In this document: positions 19,929 through 28,882 of the stretch, in pieces
Layout: every line of letters begins with the position of its first letter
Numbering within the stretch: the first letter of the stretch is position 1
DNA from: a phage
Length of the DNA: 64,000 bases
Sequence record: PZ452591.1
Direction: 5' to 3' (one strand)
The notes under the pieces: model-generated
Told to the model about the DNA's origin: nothing
The model's input: the letters and a program-made list of their open reading frames with translations, nothing else
Database searches by the model: none
Position numbers and translations under genes: made by a program

Positions 19929-20915
19929 TTATTTCAGAAGAGTAACCTCAGCGATTTCTTCCCAACCGTTTTTGTCGGTCATAATAAAGTCAGCAAGATA
20001 AAGAGCAGTACGCAGTGAAACATTGCGTAAACGATTAACATTGACTTTCATCCATGATAATGCTTTATAAGTTTCTTCATCAGAAAGACCGCGCTTTTGC
20101 ATCATGTCGGTTGAAAGAATAACATCTTCAACCCTGACCATAATTTCTTCATTAGTGTGAACACCCAAATCTAAATAAACTGAGCGGGACACTAATGCTT
20201 GTAAATGTGGAGCAAGTTTAGTACCACGGTCTAATTCGCGGTCAATGTCAACGTTTGTGATAAAAACAATCGTTCCTTTAAATTCAAACTCACGCTCAAT
20301 GCCTTTTTCTTCTAAGTAAGAAGATGCAGTGCTCCAGCAGACTTTACGGGTCTCTCCAGTGTCCAGAGCAGCTTTCAGAAGATTAAGAATGTCCATATCA
20401 GAGAAAACATCCACATCATCAATCAAAAGGACAGAATTCTCTTCACGATTATTCCAAAGCTGTTCATAAAGACCGATACCAGAGATTTTACCATTAATGC
20501 TTTTATATTCAATGTATCCAATATCATTTGCTTTATTTAAAGCTTTATCCAAAGAATACGTTTTACCAATACCTGCTGCTCCCGAGATAATTAATGAACG
20601 AATGTTTCCGTTAATAATACCATTCGTCATCATTCCCATAACATTAAATCTTTTATTAATGCGGGTTTTCATATCTTCATATGATTCTTTAACTTCTTCA
20701 ACTTTTACACCATCATATGAAATGTCTGATTTGTAAACCCAAACACCGCGACGCTTACCGTCAATTTCAACAAAAACTTTACCATCTCCTTGTGCATCCA
20801 CCGGAGCATTATCTGGGAACCATTCACCTAAGAGCTCAAAAGTTCCAGAGATTTCTTTACCGAAGTAGATACCCTTATTGATAGTTACAGTTTTCATTTT
20901 ATTCTCCAAATCCAT
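19929..20915 (-). CDS. P-loop NTPase (AAA+-like) (nrdC.10 position); start probably MKTVTI at 20895-20897
   Basis: Walker A GAAGIGKT; Walker B-like VLLIDDVD; GGAG RBS before internal ATG. Confidence 0.6.
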   Translation of the reverse strand: MDLENKMKTVTINKGIYFGKEISGTFELLGEWFPDNAPVDAQGDGKVFVEIDGKRRGVWVYKSDISYDGVKVEEVKESYEDMKTRINKRFNVMGMMTNGIINGNIRSLIISGAAGIGKTYSLDKALNKANDIGYIEYKSINGKISGIGLYEQLWNNREENSVLLIDDVDVFSDMDILNLLKAALDTGETRKVCWSTASSYLEEKGIEREFEFKGTIVFITNVDIDRELDRGTKLAPHLQALVSRSVYLDLGVHTNEEIMVRVEDVILSTDMMQKRGLSDEETYKALSWMKVNVNRLRNVSLRTALYLADFIMTDKNGWEEIAEVTLLK

Positions 20916-20929
20916 ATCAGTTGATAGTT

Positions 20930-20963
20930 GTATAGTACCATAAAGCTTTATGCTTGTAAACCG
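20930..20963 (-). promoter_or_regulatory. T4-type early promoter carrying conserved 18-mer
   Basis: GTTTAC (20956-20961), 18-nt spacer, TGGTACTAT (-10 at 20932-20937). Confidence 0.6.
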
Positions 20964-20993
20964 TTTTGTGAAAAAAAAAATTTAAAATAAAAA

Positions 20994-21011
20994 GGGAGCC
21001 CGAAGGCTCCC
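20994..21011 (-). terminator. rho-independent terminator downstream of nrdC.11-like gene
   Basis: GGGAGCC-UUCG-GGCUCCC hairpin followed by U-rich run on the minus strand. Confidence 0.65.
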
Positions 21012-21013
21012 TA

Positions 21014-22027
21014 TCATTTATAATAACTTCGATGGTTTTCAAGATAGACTTTCTCAAGGAAGTCATCCCAAAAACCCATGTCCACTTTTTGCTGCATACC
21101 GTTCTTAGAAGCTTCAGTAGATGCTGCTTCTACTTGATCGACCACATCTTCCAAAAACTCTTGAACGGTTTTAAATGGATGTTTACCCAACTTCACGTCG
21201 AGAATAAATGGAGCGTCTTGAAGTGGATAAACCAAGTCGCCAGTTTTGTAAATTTCCAATAGTTGAAGTCCACCACGACAGGCATGGCTCAGAGCTTTCC
21301 AGTCAATGCCTTCGTTGGCTTCGGCCTTACGAGCGCGTTCACCATATTCAGCATCTAATTTGTTCAGTGACTGCTTAATCTCAATAAGAGAAAGCGTTGT
21401 CTGATATTTACGACCCAACACAGTGTAGAACGTTTGTGGGCCTGTTTTCTCATGATTATGGAACACCCATTCACAGAATTCATTTTCTGGAAGACGATGC
21501 TTAATATCTTCAACTTTAGTGCGACGCTGCTTAATAGAACCATCTTCTTGGTAATCAACCCATTGCTCGGGGATTTGATTAACTACTTTCAATACATCAC
21601 GTAATGCAGCCAAACGAGAACCCTTGACACCGTATTTAGAAGCTTGCTTGCGAACATATCCTAAATATGATTTCATGTTAGTCGTATAAAAACGAGAACG
21701 GTTGTCTTGAATAAACTTCCACACGTCAGGCAAATCAGATTTAACCACTAGTTCAGGTGGAGTGTGAAGCATATCTAATGCTACAGTTTCACCATCTGCT
21801 GCTAATTTAAAGAAATACTTAAGACTATACAATTCGTGGTCAATATCATCTTTAGTGTTTTTAGATGATGTGTTGTTAGTGTTTTTACTCATGTGCTCTT
21901 TAACGTTTCCGATAAGAATATCGCGAGCAGGAGGAACAAAAATTTCTTTAAAATCTACATCAGATTCTGGGGTAGAAGTTCCATAAAGATGACTACCAAA
22001 ATAGCTTTTCATTACTGTTTTCATCAT
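21014..22027 (-). CDS. predicted nucleotidyltransferase-fold protein (nrdC.11 position)
   Basis: 337 aa; N-terminal GSHLYGTSTPESDVDF fits the Pol-beta-type NTase G[GS]x9-13Dx[DE] pattern. Confidence 0.5.
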   Translation of the reverse strand: MMKTVMKSYFGSHLYGTSTPESDVDFKEIFVPPARDILIGNVKEHMSKNTNNTSSKNTKDDIDHELYSLKYFFKLAADGETVALDMLHTPPELVVKSDLPDVWKFIQDNRSRFYTTNMKSYLGYVRKQASKYGVKGSRLAALRDVLKVVNQIPEQWVDYQEDGSIKQRRTKVEDIKHRLPENEFCEWVFHNHEKTGPQTFYTVLGRKYQTTLSLIEIKQSLNKLDAEYGERARKAEANEGIDWKALSHACRGGLQLLEIYKTGDLVYPLQDAPFILDVKLGKHPFKTVQEFLEDVVDQVEAASTEASKNGMQQKVDMGFWDDFLEKVYLENHRSYYK

Positions 22028-22485
22028 TCAGCCTTATATTCAATAACAGGACATACTTTAGCTTTACGAGCTTTTAAAAATTCAACGATAACCGATTTCT
22101 TGGGTTGAATAGGAGGTAAACCTTTATACGCCCTATCAATATTTTCTACGTGTAAAGCATAATCCTTTTTCCATTTATAATCTTTATATTTTTCACGCAA
22201 ATATGCAGGAATAACAAATGAACCGATAATAAGTAAAACAACCAAAAGCGCAAGTATAAATGCCGATGGAAGAAGAGTCCATAAACTACCGAAAATAAGC
22301 CAACGTTGTAGGCTTTCTGCACAAATAATTGTTAGCCCTACGAGTATAGCACATCCAAAAATAGAAACGAAAAATGTAGGAATGGCAATAGACCAAAAAT
22401 ATGCGCATAATGTCTTGGGTCGTTGCCATTCATCGTTAAACAATTTGAATAATTTATAGTGCCAAGAGTTTTCATTAATAATCAT
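22024..22485 (-). CDS. membrane protein (about 3 TM)
   Basis: 153 aa; hydrophobic stretches; ATGA overlap with upstream gene. Confidence 0.5.
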   Translation of the reverse strand: MIINENSWHYKLFKLFNDEWQRPKTLCAYFWSIAIPTFFVSIFGCAILVGLTIICAESLQRWLIFGSLWTLLPSAFILALLVVLLIIGSFVIPAYLREKYKDYKWKKDYALHVENIDRAYKGLPPIQPKKSVIVEFLKARKAKVCPVIEYKAE

Positions 22486-22487
22486 AA

Positions 22488-23009
22488 TTATCCTTTCATT
22501 GAAGGCGTAACGGTTGTTAAATACTTAATCATAGCTTCAGCTTCTGATTTTGACAATGAAATTTCTCCATTGTTTTGACGAATAGAAATAAAATCCGGAT
22601 GACGGTCACCACCAGCTTTTAAAACATACATATAAGTATCAACTTCGCCTTCAATATTTGAAATGATTGAAGCAGTTCCACATGAATGCGGTTTTTGATA
22701 AATCAATACAGCTTTTCTTCCACCGTTTGACTGTTCATAGGCTTTTAATACATCAAACAAATCAGTTCTTTTATCAATAGCTAAAATGTTATTTTCATCT
22801 TCAATGTTAAATCCTTCGGATACTTCATAAAGTGTCACCCATAAATCGCCAATATCAATAACAGCATTTACGTTTCCACGGCTTTCAAGAGCATGACAAA
22901 TTTTCTTGATTTCGTCATAACTCATTTTAATAATATCATCTCCTTGAATAAGAAAGATGTCATTTTTAAATTCAACACGAATTAAACCACTTCCACTTGA
23001 AATAAACAT
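22488..23009 (-). CDS. hypothetical protein, paralog A
   Basis: 173 aa; C-terminus ISIRQNNGEISLSKSEAEAMIKYLTTVTPSM resembles next gene. Confidence 0.5.
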   Translation of the reverse strand: MFISSGSGLIRVEFKNDIFLIQGDDIIKMSYDEIKKICHALESRGNVNAVIDIGDLWVTLYEVSEGFNIEDENNILAIDKRTDLFDVLKAYEQSNGGRKAVLIYQKPHSCGTASIISNIEGEVDTYMYVLKAGGDRHPDFISIRQNNGEISLSKSEAEAMIKYLTTVTPSMKG

Positions 23010-23015
23010 ATTTCC

Positions 23016-23573
23016 TCACTTTGAAATCATAGTTGGAATAACAGAATCAAGATAAGTCTTTAGCGCAATAGCTTCGTCTTTGGTAAATGTAATGATATGT
23101 GATCGAAAATCGTCAATTTGGCGAATAGTTAAGACATCTCCCTCTTCATAACATTTTGATACATTTAAAAGAGTTTCATCATTCTGATTGCAAGCGTTAG
23201 TAATAATAGCATTGCAATTTTTGAGCCATTTTAAACTATGTTTTCTTTCATTAGAATAATAAAAATATTTAATCTTAGCTATAAAACTATCCCAATGGAT
23301 AACTGATAAACACATTGACTCACTTTTAATATTAAATCCTGGGCATGAAGAATAAAAATGAATTTTGTGCTCATCATTGATGCTTACTATTTTATCAGTA
23401 TAAGGATATTCAATTTGGGTTAAATGAATGATTTCACTAGGCGTAAAATATAGCATATCGTCTTCTTGCGTCAAACGATACATGTTATTTACTTTTTCTA
23501 TAGTCAATTCACCAAAAAGCGGACTAACTTCTAATACTAATCGTTTCATATTGATTCTCTTCGACTCACTCAC
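23016..23573 (-). CDS. hypothetical protein, paralog B (GTG start in track)
   Basis: 185 aa; C-terminus LTIRQIDDFRSHIITFTKDEAIALKTYLDSVIPTM. Confidence 0.5.
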   Translation of the reverse strand: MSESKRINMKRLVLEVSPLFGELTIEKVNNMYRLTQEDDMLYFTPSEIIHLTQIEYPYTDKIVSINDEHKIHFYSSCPGFNIKSESMCLSVIHWDSFIAKIKYFYYSNERKHSLKWLKNCNAIITNACNQNDETLLNVSKCYEEGDVLTIRQIDDFRSHIITFTKDEAIALKTYLDSVIPTMISK

Positions 23574-23701
23574 AATTACATACTCCTTTGAATAATATCA
23601 ATAATGTTGTTCACCAGATTATAAGTAAACATTGGGTAATTATATTGAATCATCACATACACAACAAACAAAACTTTCATTCTCTTCTCCTTGGCAGTTG
23701 A

Positions 23702-23735
23702 CAAGATTACTATACCATAACCTTGCCAACTTGTA
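23702..23735 (-). promoter_or_regulatory. T4-type early promoter
   Basis: minus strand GTTTAC, 17-nt spacer, TGGTATAGT; a 34-codon hydrophobic mini-ORF lies between it and 23573. Confidence 0.5.
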
Positions 23736-23903
23736 AACCATTAAATGACGTTTTCAATAAAATTCTGAAGCTTTGTGTGAGCATCAACCATGATTTTCAT
23801 TTCTTCCTCTGCGAAAGCTGTACCTCTTTCCCGAGCAGAATACTCATAGTCAGAAACTGCATTAGCATATTCTTCAATTAGCTTCATTAAAAACATCTGC
23901 TTT

Positions 23904-24098
23904 TCAGTTTTCATTATTCCACCTAATCATTTCAAGATATTGAACTAACTTAGCTTTAGATTTATCCAAATCCTTTTTAGCTGCTTCTATACCGTCGTAT
24001 GAATATCCTTCACAATGCTCAACTGCTAATTGATATGAATCTATTTCAATATCACGTGCTAATTTAATGATTTTTTCAAACTGTTCGCGTGTTAGCAT
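23904..24098 (-). CDS. small hypothetical protein
   Basis: 64 aa; N-terminal MLTREQ..KI motif resembles tk.1/tk.2-like ORFs. Confidence 0.4.
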   Translation of the reverse strand: MLTREQFEKIIKLARDIEIDSYQLAVEHCEGYSYDGIEAAKKDLDKSKAKLVQYLEMIRWNNEN

Positions 24099-24100
24099 AA

Positions 24101-24340
24101 TTAAACTCTCGTATTATGATCGATAATTTCATCAAGAAACATATCTAACGCTTCTAAAGCATTATCAACTTTAGCTTCAAGTTCATCAATGCCTTTATTT
24201 GCAATGCCTGACGAAAACCAAGCAAAGTCACTAAGTTCCTCGTCTGCTTTACGAATTAAAGCTACCAATTCTTTAATCTTATCCGCTTGTTCGATACTAA
24301 TCATTATTCCACCACATATGAAAGAGAGAATATTGCACAC
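24101..24340 (-). CDS. small hypothetical protein
   Basis: 79 aa ORF. Confidence 0.4.
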
Positions 24341-24492
24341 GCCATGTGAGTTGCAACTTCATCACACATATTATAACGTTTCTTAAGAAGTTCTACAAGT
24401 TCTTCACTAGTAACTTCATCCATGTCGACGAAAAAATCACCATTAATGATGACGTAGATATTTCCTTCTTGATTAAGTGCTTCAATTTTCAT
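24304..24492 (-). CDS. small hypothetical protein (start at MKIEALNQ; track N-terminus overlaps promoter)
   Basis: AGAGGAG RBS before ATG at 24490-24492. Confidence 0.4.
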
Positions 24493-24518
24493 GATGTTCT
24501 CCTCTTTATCCGATAGTT

Positions 24519-24552
24519 GTATAGTACCACAGCTCAAACGGAAAGTAAACCG
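24519..24552 (-). promoter_or_regulatory. T4-type early promoter carrying conserved 18-mer
   Basis: GTTTAC (24545-24550), 18-nt spacer, TGGTACTAT (-10 at 24521-24526). Confidence 0.6.
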
Positions 24553-24565
24553 GTAAAATGAAAAA

Positions 24566-24583
24566 AGTCTCCCGAAGGAGACT
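24566..24583 (-). terminator. rho-independent terminator downstream of rI.-1-like gene
   Basis: AGUCUCC-UUCG-GGAGACU hairpin then UUUUUCAUUUU on the minus strand. Confidence 0.6.
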
Positions 24584-24587
24584 AATG

Positions 24588-24974
24588 TTATTCGAGGGAA
24601 AGAAGATATTTACTCTGGTAAAACATTCCAGTAATATCATCTATCGTGCTTTGGATGGCTGGAGGCATTTCTTTATAAATGCTGTTAGATTGGTCTAGTA
24701 TGCGATCAATCATTTTAATTGTGTCGGTAGGAAGTTTACTGGCATCTGGAATTGAAGGTGTGTATTTTCTACCAGAATACCCCAAATATTGCTCACCAAA
24801 TTTATCAATCAAATCTGGCAACTCGGAGAAAATAAAATCGTATGCTTTGTGTCTAGCATAATTTTTAGTTTCAAAATGTGCAGAATGAAAATAAGCTTGT
24901 GCAGCCATTAATAAACCTAAGTATTCATCTGCCTTTGAAGGTTTTCCACTTTGTGAAAAGTCGCTGAATTTCAT
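24588..24974 (-). CDS. hypothetical protein (rI.-1 position)
   Basis: 128 aa ORF immediately downstream of rI. Confidence 0.5.
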
Positions 24975-25264
24975 TCAGTCTCCAATTTAATGTTCATAAT
25001 TCTAGCGTATGATTGTGCCATCTCCGCGCCTCGTTCTATACATTCAAAATCAGAAGAGCACGGGTCATTTTTATAGGTCGTTCTCATAAAACTATAGAAT
25101 TGTTCAGACGATTCTACGCTTTTATTTTCAAAAAGCATATAAACGTGCCTAATACCAGATTCCATAAATTTATCAAAATGAGGATCGACATTCGCTTCAA
25201 TCGATGGAGATAAAACAAATGACAATCCTAGCATGGCAAATAGTGCCGTTGCTTTTAAGGCCAT
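24971..25264 (-). CDS. rI: lysis inhibition regulator rI (membrane-anchored periplasmic protein)
   Basis: 97 aa; N-terminal signal-anchor ALKATALFAMLGLSFVLS; size and position as T4 rI. Confidence 0.7.
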   Translation of the reverse strand: MALKATALFAMLGLSFVLSPSIEANVDPHFDKFMESGIRHVYMLFENKSVESSEQFYSFMRTTYKNDPCSSDFECIERGAEMAQSYARIMNIKLETE

Positions 25265-25276
25265 AAAGGCCTCCTA

Positions 25277-25489
25277 TCATTTTTGTCCTGTATTTACTTT
25301 ATGCCGATGCACGGCCTTAACTTTATCAAGGTATTTTTCAAAATTTCGCAATCTAGTATAGTCTGCCGGAGATTGGTTGAGTGATACTTCTCGACGCAAA
25401 GCTGAAATGATATTTCCAACTTCCCTACGAATTTCATCTAATTGAAGAACAGTAAGATTGCGAAGTTGCTTTTCAGTTAATTGTAGCAT
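25277..25489 (-). CDS. hypothetical protein (rI.1 position)
   Basis: 70 aa ORF. Confidence 0.45.
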
Positions 25490-25531
25490 ATATACCCCTT
25501 TAGTTAGATAAACCTATTTATAACTTTTGCA

Positions 25532-26113
25532 CTAACCGAGCTTTTTAGTTAATTCATTCCAATGTTTTCTACACAAGGAAACATAAATTTCATCACCAAT
25601 ACAGATTTGATTACCTTCTTTAACTGGTGTTCCATCTTCCATTAATCGAGCTGTCATAATCGCTTTTTTGCCGCAATGACAAACTGCCTTTAGTTCAATA
25701 AGTTTATCTGCAATCGCTAAAAGTTCTTTAGAACCTTCAAACAATTTTCCAGCGAAATCAGTCCTTAATCCATAAGCCATAACAGGAACATTATATGTAT
25801 CAACAATTCGGCTCAATTGATGCACCTGTTCAGTTTTTAAAAACTGGGCTTCATCTACAAATACGCAATGAATATCTTTTTGTGCTTCAGCCCATTTATA
25901 GAACTCGAAAATATCCATATCATCTGTAATAATATTTGCTTCCTGCCTAATTCCAATGCGAGAAACGACTTCACAGACAGAATCGCGAGTATCAATAGCA
26001 GGCTTAAGAACTAATACACTCATTCCACGTTCTTTATAATTGTGCGCAGCAGTCAAAAGAGAAGCAGATTTTCCAGCATTCATTGCTGCATAAGTAAAAA
26101 TTAAACTCGCCAT
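25532..26113 (-). CDS. tk: thymidine kinase
   Basis: 193 aa; P-loop NAGKSASL; Zn-binding CHCG...C..C; matches T4 Tk. Confidence 0.9.
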   Translation of the reverse strand: MASLIFTYAAMNAGKSASLLTAAHNYKERGMSVLVLKPAIDTRDSVCEVVSRIGIRQEANIITDDMDIFEFYKWAEAQKDIHCVFVDEAQFLKTEQVHQLSRIVDTYNVPVMAYGLRTDFAGKLFEGSKELLAIADKLIELKAVCHCGKKAIMTARLMEDGTPVKEGNQICIGDEIYVSLCRKHWNELTKKLG

Positions 26114-26114
26114 C

Positions 26115-26303
26115 TTAGTCCTTAGTTAAATTTTCTAAATATGTTTCTAAATCATTTTCAGCTTTATCGATAGATTTTACTAATTCGTAATATGTTTCGG
26201 CATCTCCATAATCAGAAGATAATTCAAAAGACAAATCCTTTTCTAAACTAATAATTTCACCAACTAAAAATAATATTTCGTTCTTTTGTTCGCGAGTAAT
26301 CAT
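26115..26303 (-). CDS. small hypothetical protein (tk.1 position)
   Basis: 62 aa; paralogous to next ORF (REQK/KEQK..LF..), acidic. Confidence 0.45.
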   Translation of the reverse strand: MITREQKNEILFLVGEIISLEKDLSFELSSDYGDAETYYELVKSIDKAENDLETYLENLTKD

Positions 26304-26485
26304 AAGGAATTTATATAATCAATGAGTTCTTGTTCTTTATTATCGAATTCTTTAGAAAGTTCTTCGTACTCGTTTGCACTAAAAGGACCGCATTCATTAC
26401 AAACTTTTTCCAATTCACTATTTTTATCCATAACTTCGTGGATAAGAGAAAAGAGTTTATCTTTTTGTTCTTTGCTTAAACTCAT
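26300..26485 (-). CDS. small hypothetical protein (tk.2 position)
   Basis: 61 aa ORF. Confidence 0.45.
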   Translation of the reverse strand: MSLSKEQKDKLFSLIHEVMDKNSELEKVCNECGPFSANEYEELSKEFDNKEQELIDYINSL

Positions 26486-26655
26486 ATATTAATTTCCAAA
26501 AGTTTTAAAATAATTCGCTTTTGCTTAAATATTTCCACAGTTAAATGATCAGTATCTTTTTGACCAATTCCAATGGCAAAACCTTTATTAACAGCGAGTT
26601 CAATTAAATTATCAAGTTCACGTAACACTTCATATTGTAACTCAGAACTATTCAT
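26483..26655 (-). CDS. small hypothetical protein (57 aa, below track cutoff)
   Basis: ATG at 26653-26655 overlapping upstream stop; stop overlaps tk.2-like start. Confidence 0.35.
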
Positions 26656-26864
26656 TTTGGTTTACCTTCTTTAACGAAATCTGGATAAGGATAAAATCCC
26701 GAATAAAATCCTTCACCTTTATGATTGATGCATCCTTTATTCGAACAATAGCACCAATAATCGAAATCACAAGCCATTTCATCGTTGCATAAAGCAAAAA
26801 CAACCGGCCATTTACACTTTTCACAGTGGGCATTTTTAAGAATACTAGTTTGGCTCATAACCAT
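26652..26864 (-). CDS. cysteine-rich small protein (probable Zn-binding)
   Basis: 70 aa with CxxC pairs (CEKCKW, C..C, CYC, C). Confidence 0.45.
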   Translation of the reverse strand: MVMSQTSILKNAHCEKCKWPVVFALCNDEMACDFDYWCYCSNKGCINHKGEGFYSGFYPYPDFVKEGKPK

Positions 26865-27082
26865 GTCACCTTTAAGCAGTATTCTTCTACATGCTGTTTA
26901 CGACCTTTCTTATCAATAAAGGTATATTCAACGAATGTTCCAATGTAGTCTTTATCTACATCATGTGGACTATTAATTGGACATTTAGTACGGCAAATGC
27001 GTTCCCATTGACGAATAATTACTGCCTTATTCTTTGGGTCATACGGATGTGGATAATGTATATTCATAATAATGGTTCCCAA
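26855..27082 (-). CDS. small hypothetical protein upstream-overlapping partner of macro-domain gene
   Basis: 75 aa; 5' end overlaps 3' end of macro gene. Confidence 0.4.
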   Translation of the reverse strand: MGTIIMNIHYPHPYDPKNKAVIIRQWERICRTKCPINSPHDVDKDYIGTFVEYTFIDKKGRKQHVEEYCLKVTWL

Positions 27083-27531
27083 TCAACAATCACAATTTCT
27101 AATTTAGAGGAATATGTATCTAAAATCCCCTCAATAATATCCCAGTTCCCTTTACCTATGCCTGCACCAATCCTAGGCATATAGATTGTAGGTTTAATTA
27201 GTTTATTTTCACCAAACTCATTTAATTCTAACATACAATTCATTAAAGCGGAATACTCAAAATTTGGCCCTGGTTGAAATTGAGTATAAAGATTAAAGCA
27301 GTAAGCTTTATGAGTCCTAAAGTATTTTTCATAGACTGAATAAGAACCAAGTTTAGTTACATCACCCCATTCAGTCTGTAATTTATCAGCTTCCAAAATT
27401 TTAGGGAAAGCTTTAGTTAATTGACCTGCGACTCCAGCTTTCATCGTGTGAAAACAATTACATCCATGCGCAATATTTTTACCTTCAGCGAAAAGGGCGA
27501 CAATATCGCCCTTGATATATTTTACAATCAT
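27064..27531 (-). CDS. macro-domain (ADP-ribose binding/hydrolase fold) protein
   Basis: 155 aa; GDIVALFAEGKNIAHGCNCFHTMKAGVAGQL aligns to macro GDIT..DAIVNAAN..GGGVDGAI; TIYMPRIGAGIGKGNW aligns to SVAFPAISTGVYGYP. Confidence 0.6.
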   Translation of the reverse strand: MIVKYIKGDIVALFAEGKNIAHGCNCFHTMKAGVAGQLTKAFPKILEADKLQTEWGDVTKLGSYSVYEKYFRTHKAYCFNLYTQFQPGPNFEYSALMNCMLELNEFGENKLIKPTIYMPRIGAGIGKGNWDIIEGILDTYSSKLEIVIVDWEPLL

Positions 27532-27875
27532 CTAGTACTCAATCCTCGATTATAAGAATCTACCAAACGGTCAACCATTGAATGACAAGCGGCTTTATCT
27601 TTCTCCTCCGCAACTGAACATTCTAAGGTATTCCACTTTTTAGCATATCGTTTTAATAATGTATCGTTTTTGTATCTACTTGATTTATCTCTTTCTCCGT
27701 CTTTATATGCATATATTAATTTCTGTGCAAATTCAGCTTGACATGCTTTATTTTTCCCACAATAATCTGCCGCAGTGCGGTTTACATATTCTCTAATTTC
27801 AGTATATGATGTATCTGCTGACGCAGAAGCAGAAAATGAAATTAATCCTATACATAAAACCAAAATTTTAGTCAT
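27528..27875 (-). CDS. small secreted/periplasmic protein (signal peptide)
   Basis: 115 aa; N-terminal MTKILVLCIGLISFSASASA signal peptide. Confidence 0.5.
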   Translation of the reverse strand: MTKILVLCIGLISFSASASADTSYTEIREYVNRTAADYCGKNKACQAEFAQKLIYAYKDGERDKSSRYKNDTLLKRYAKKWNTLECSVAEEKDKAACHSMVDRLVDSYNRGLSTR

Positions 27876-28413
27876 TTACTATTTCCAAAAGTTTATTATT
27901 TTTAAGGTAATTAGCCTTTTCTAGGACTTCAGAAGCATATTTAGAACCAGCTTTAACATTCCATCCCGAATTATAAGAGGATATTGCTTTTCTTATATCG
28001 CCCTTATGTATATTTAACCAATAAGAAAGTTCAATGTACGCCCAGGAAGCTGAATTGGATCGTTTATTCAACATTCTTTTTATTTCAGCATCGGTCATAT
28101 TATAACCAAGTTCCTTAACTCTTGCTCGCATAGTAGGCAAATAATTTTGGAACATTCCATAAGCGTGATGCTTTGGTTTAGATTTTAAATTAACTCCGCC
28201 AGAGCTTTCTTGCCATAAAATAGCAGCCATTATATGACCTAATCCGCTCTTGTGGATATTTTTGTGTGTTTTATATTTTCCATCCTTAGAAAATTGTTCC
28301 CCGAATTGATACGCGTAACGCATGTTATCGAGTTGGACATTACTGAAAGTATGCTCGGAGCTATGTGCCATCATAGAAATGGCCAATAGACCAGCGAGTA
28401 GTGCTTTTCTCAT
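27868..28413 (-). CDS. secreted lytic transglycosylase (SLT domain)
   Basis: 181 aa; signal peptide; catalytic-type motif AAILWQESSGG. Confidence 0.65.
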   Translation of the reverse strand: MRKALLAGLLAISMMAHSSEHTFSNVQLDNMRYAYQFGEQFSKDGKYKTHKNIHKSGLGHIMAAILWQESSGGVNLKSKPKHHAYGMFQNYLPTMRARVKELGYNMTDAEIKRMLNKRSNSASWAYIELSYWLNIHKGDIRKAISSYNSGWNVKAGSKYASEVLEKANYLKNNKLLEIVND

Positions 28414-28420
28414 GCTTACC

Positions 28421-28882
28421 TCATTGAGTTTTAATTACTGCTTTAGAAGCCTTTCCTGGTAAACGGCGACTGTTGATAATTGCCATCCTACATTGAAGCG
28501 ACGGGTCTTTGAACTTCGCATTAGGTTTACAAACTGTAAATCCAAGCCAAAGATTTCCATCTGTGATTTCTAAACGTCCAGGACGATATTCAACCCCATC
28601 AATAAAATCCTCGTCAATGTCAGGACGCGGAGGCATACTCAGGAATTCATTAACTTCTAAAACATGGTCTTTTATTTTATGGAATAATTCAAAAACGTAT
28701 GTCTCATCAATCTCCCGTTGAATTGCGCGATCAAGAAGATGCTGAGAATATTTTAGATGAAACGATGAGACTCCTGCTGCTTTTGATGCCTCACGAATCT
28801 CATTGTTAATTTGACGAAACTCCGACTCAAAGTGACGACGAAGCTTATTTCGACGGATAAAAACTTCTGTGTTGATAGTCAT
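28421..28882 (-). CDS. regB: endoribonuclease RegB
   Basis: 153 aa; matches T4 RegB length and sequence as recalled. Confidence 0.8.
   Translation of the reverse strand: MTINTEVFIRRNKLRRHFESEFRQINNEIREASKAAGVSSFHLKYSQHLLDRAIQREIDETYVFELFHKIKDHVLEVNEFLSMPPRPDIDEDFIDGVEYRPGRLEITDGNLWLGFTVCKPNAKFKDPSLQCRMAIINSRRLPGKASKAVIKTQ

Noticed and set aside
26648-26833. 61 aa minus-strand ORF in an alternative frame overlapping the Cys-rich 26652..26864 gene
   Set aside because: Same strand, different frame, hydrophobic low-complexity translation; the Cys-rich frame is the coherent one.
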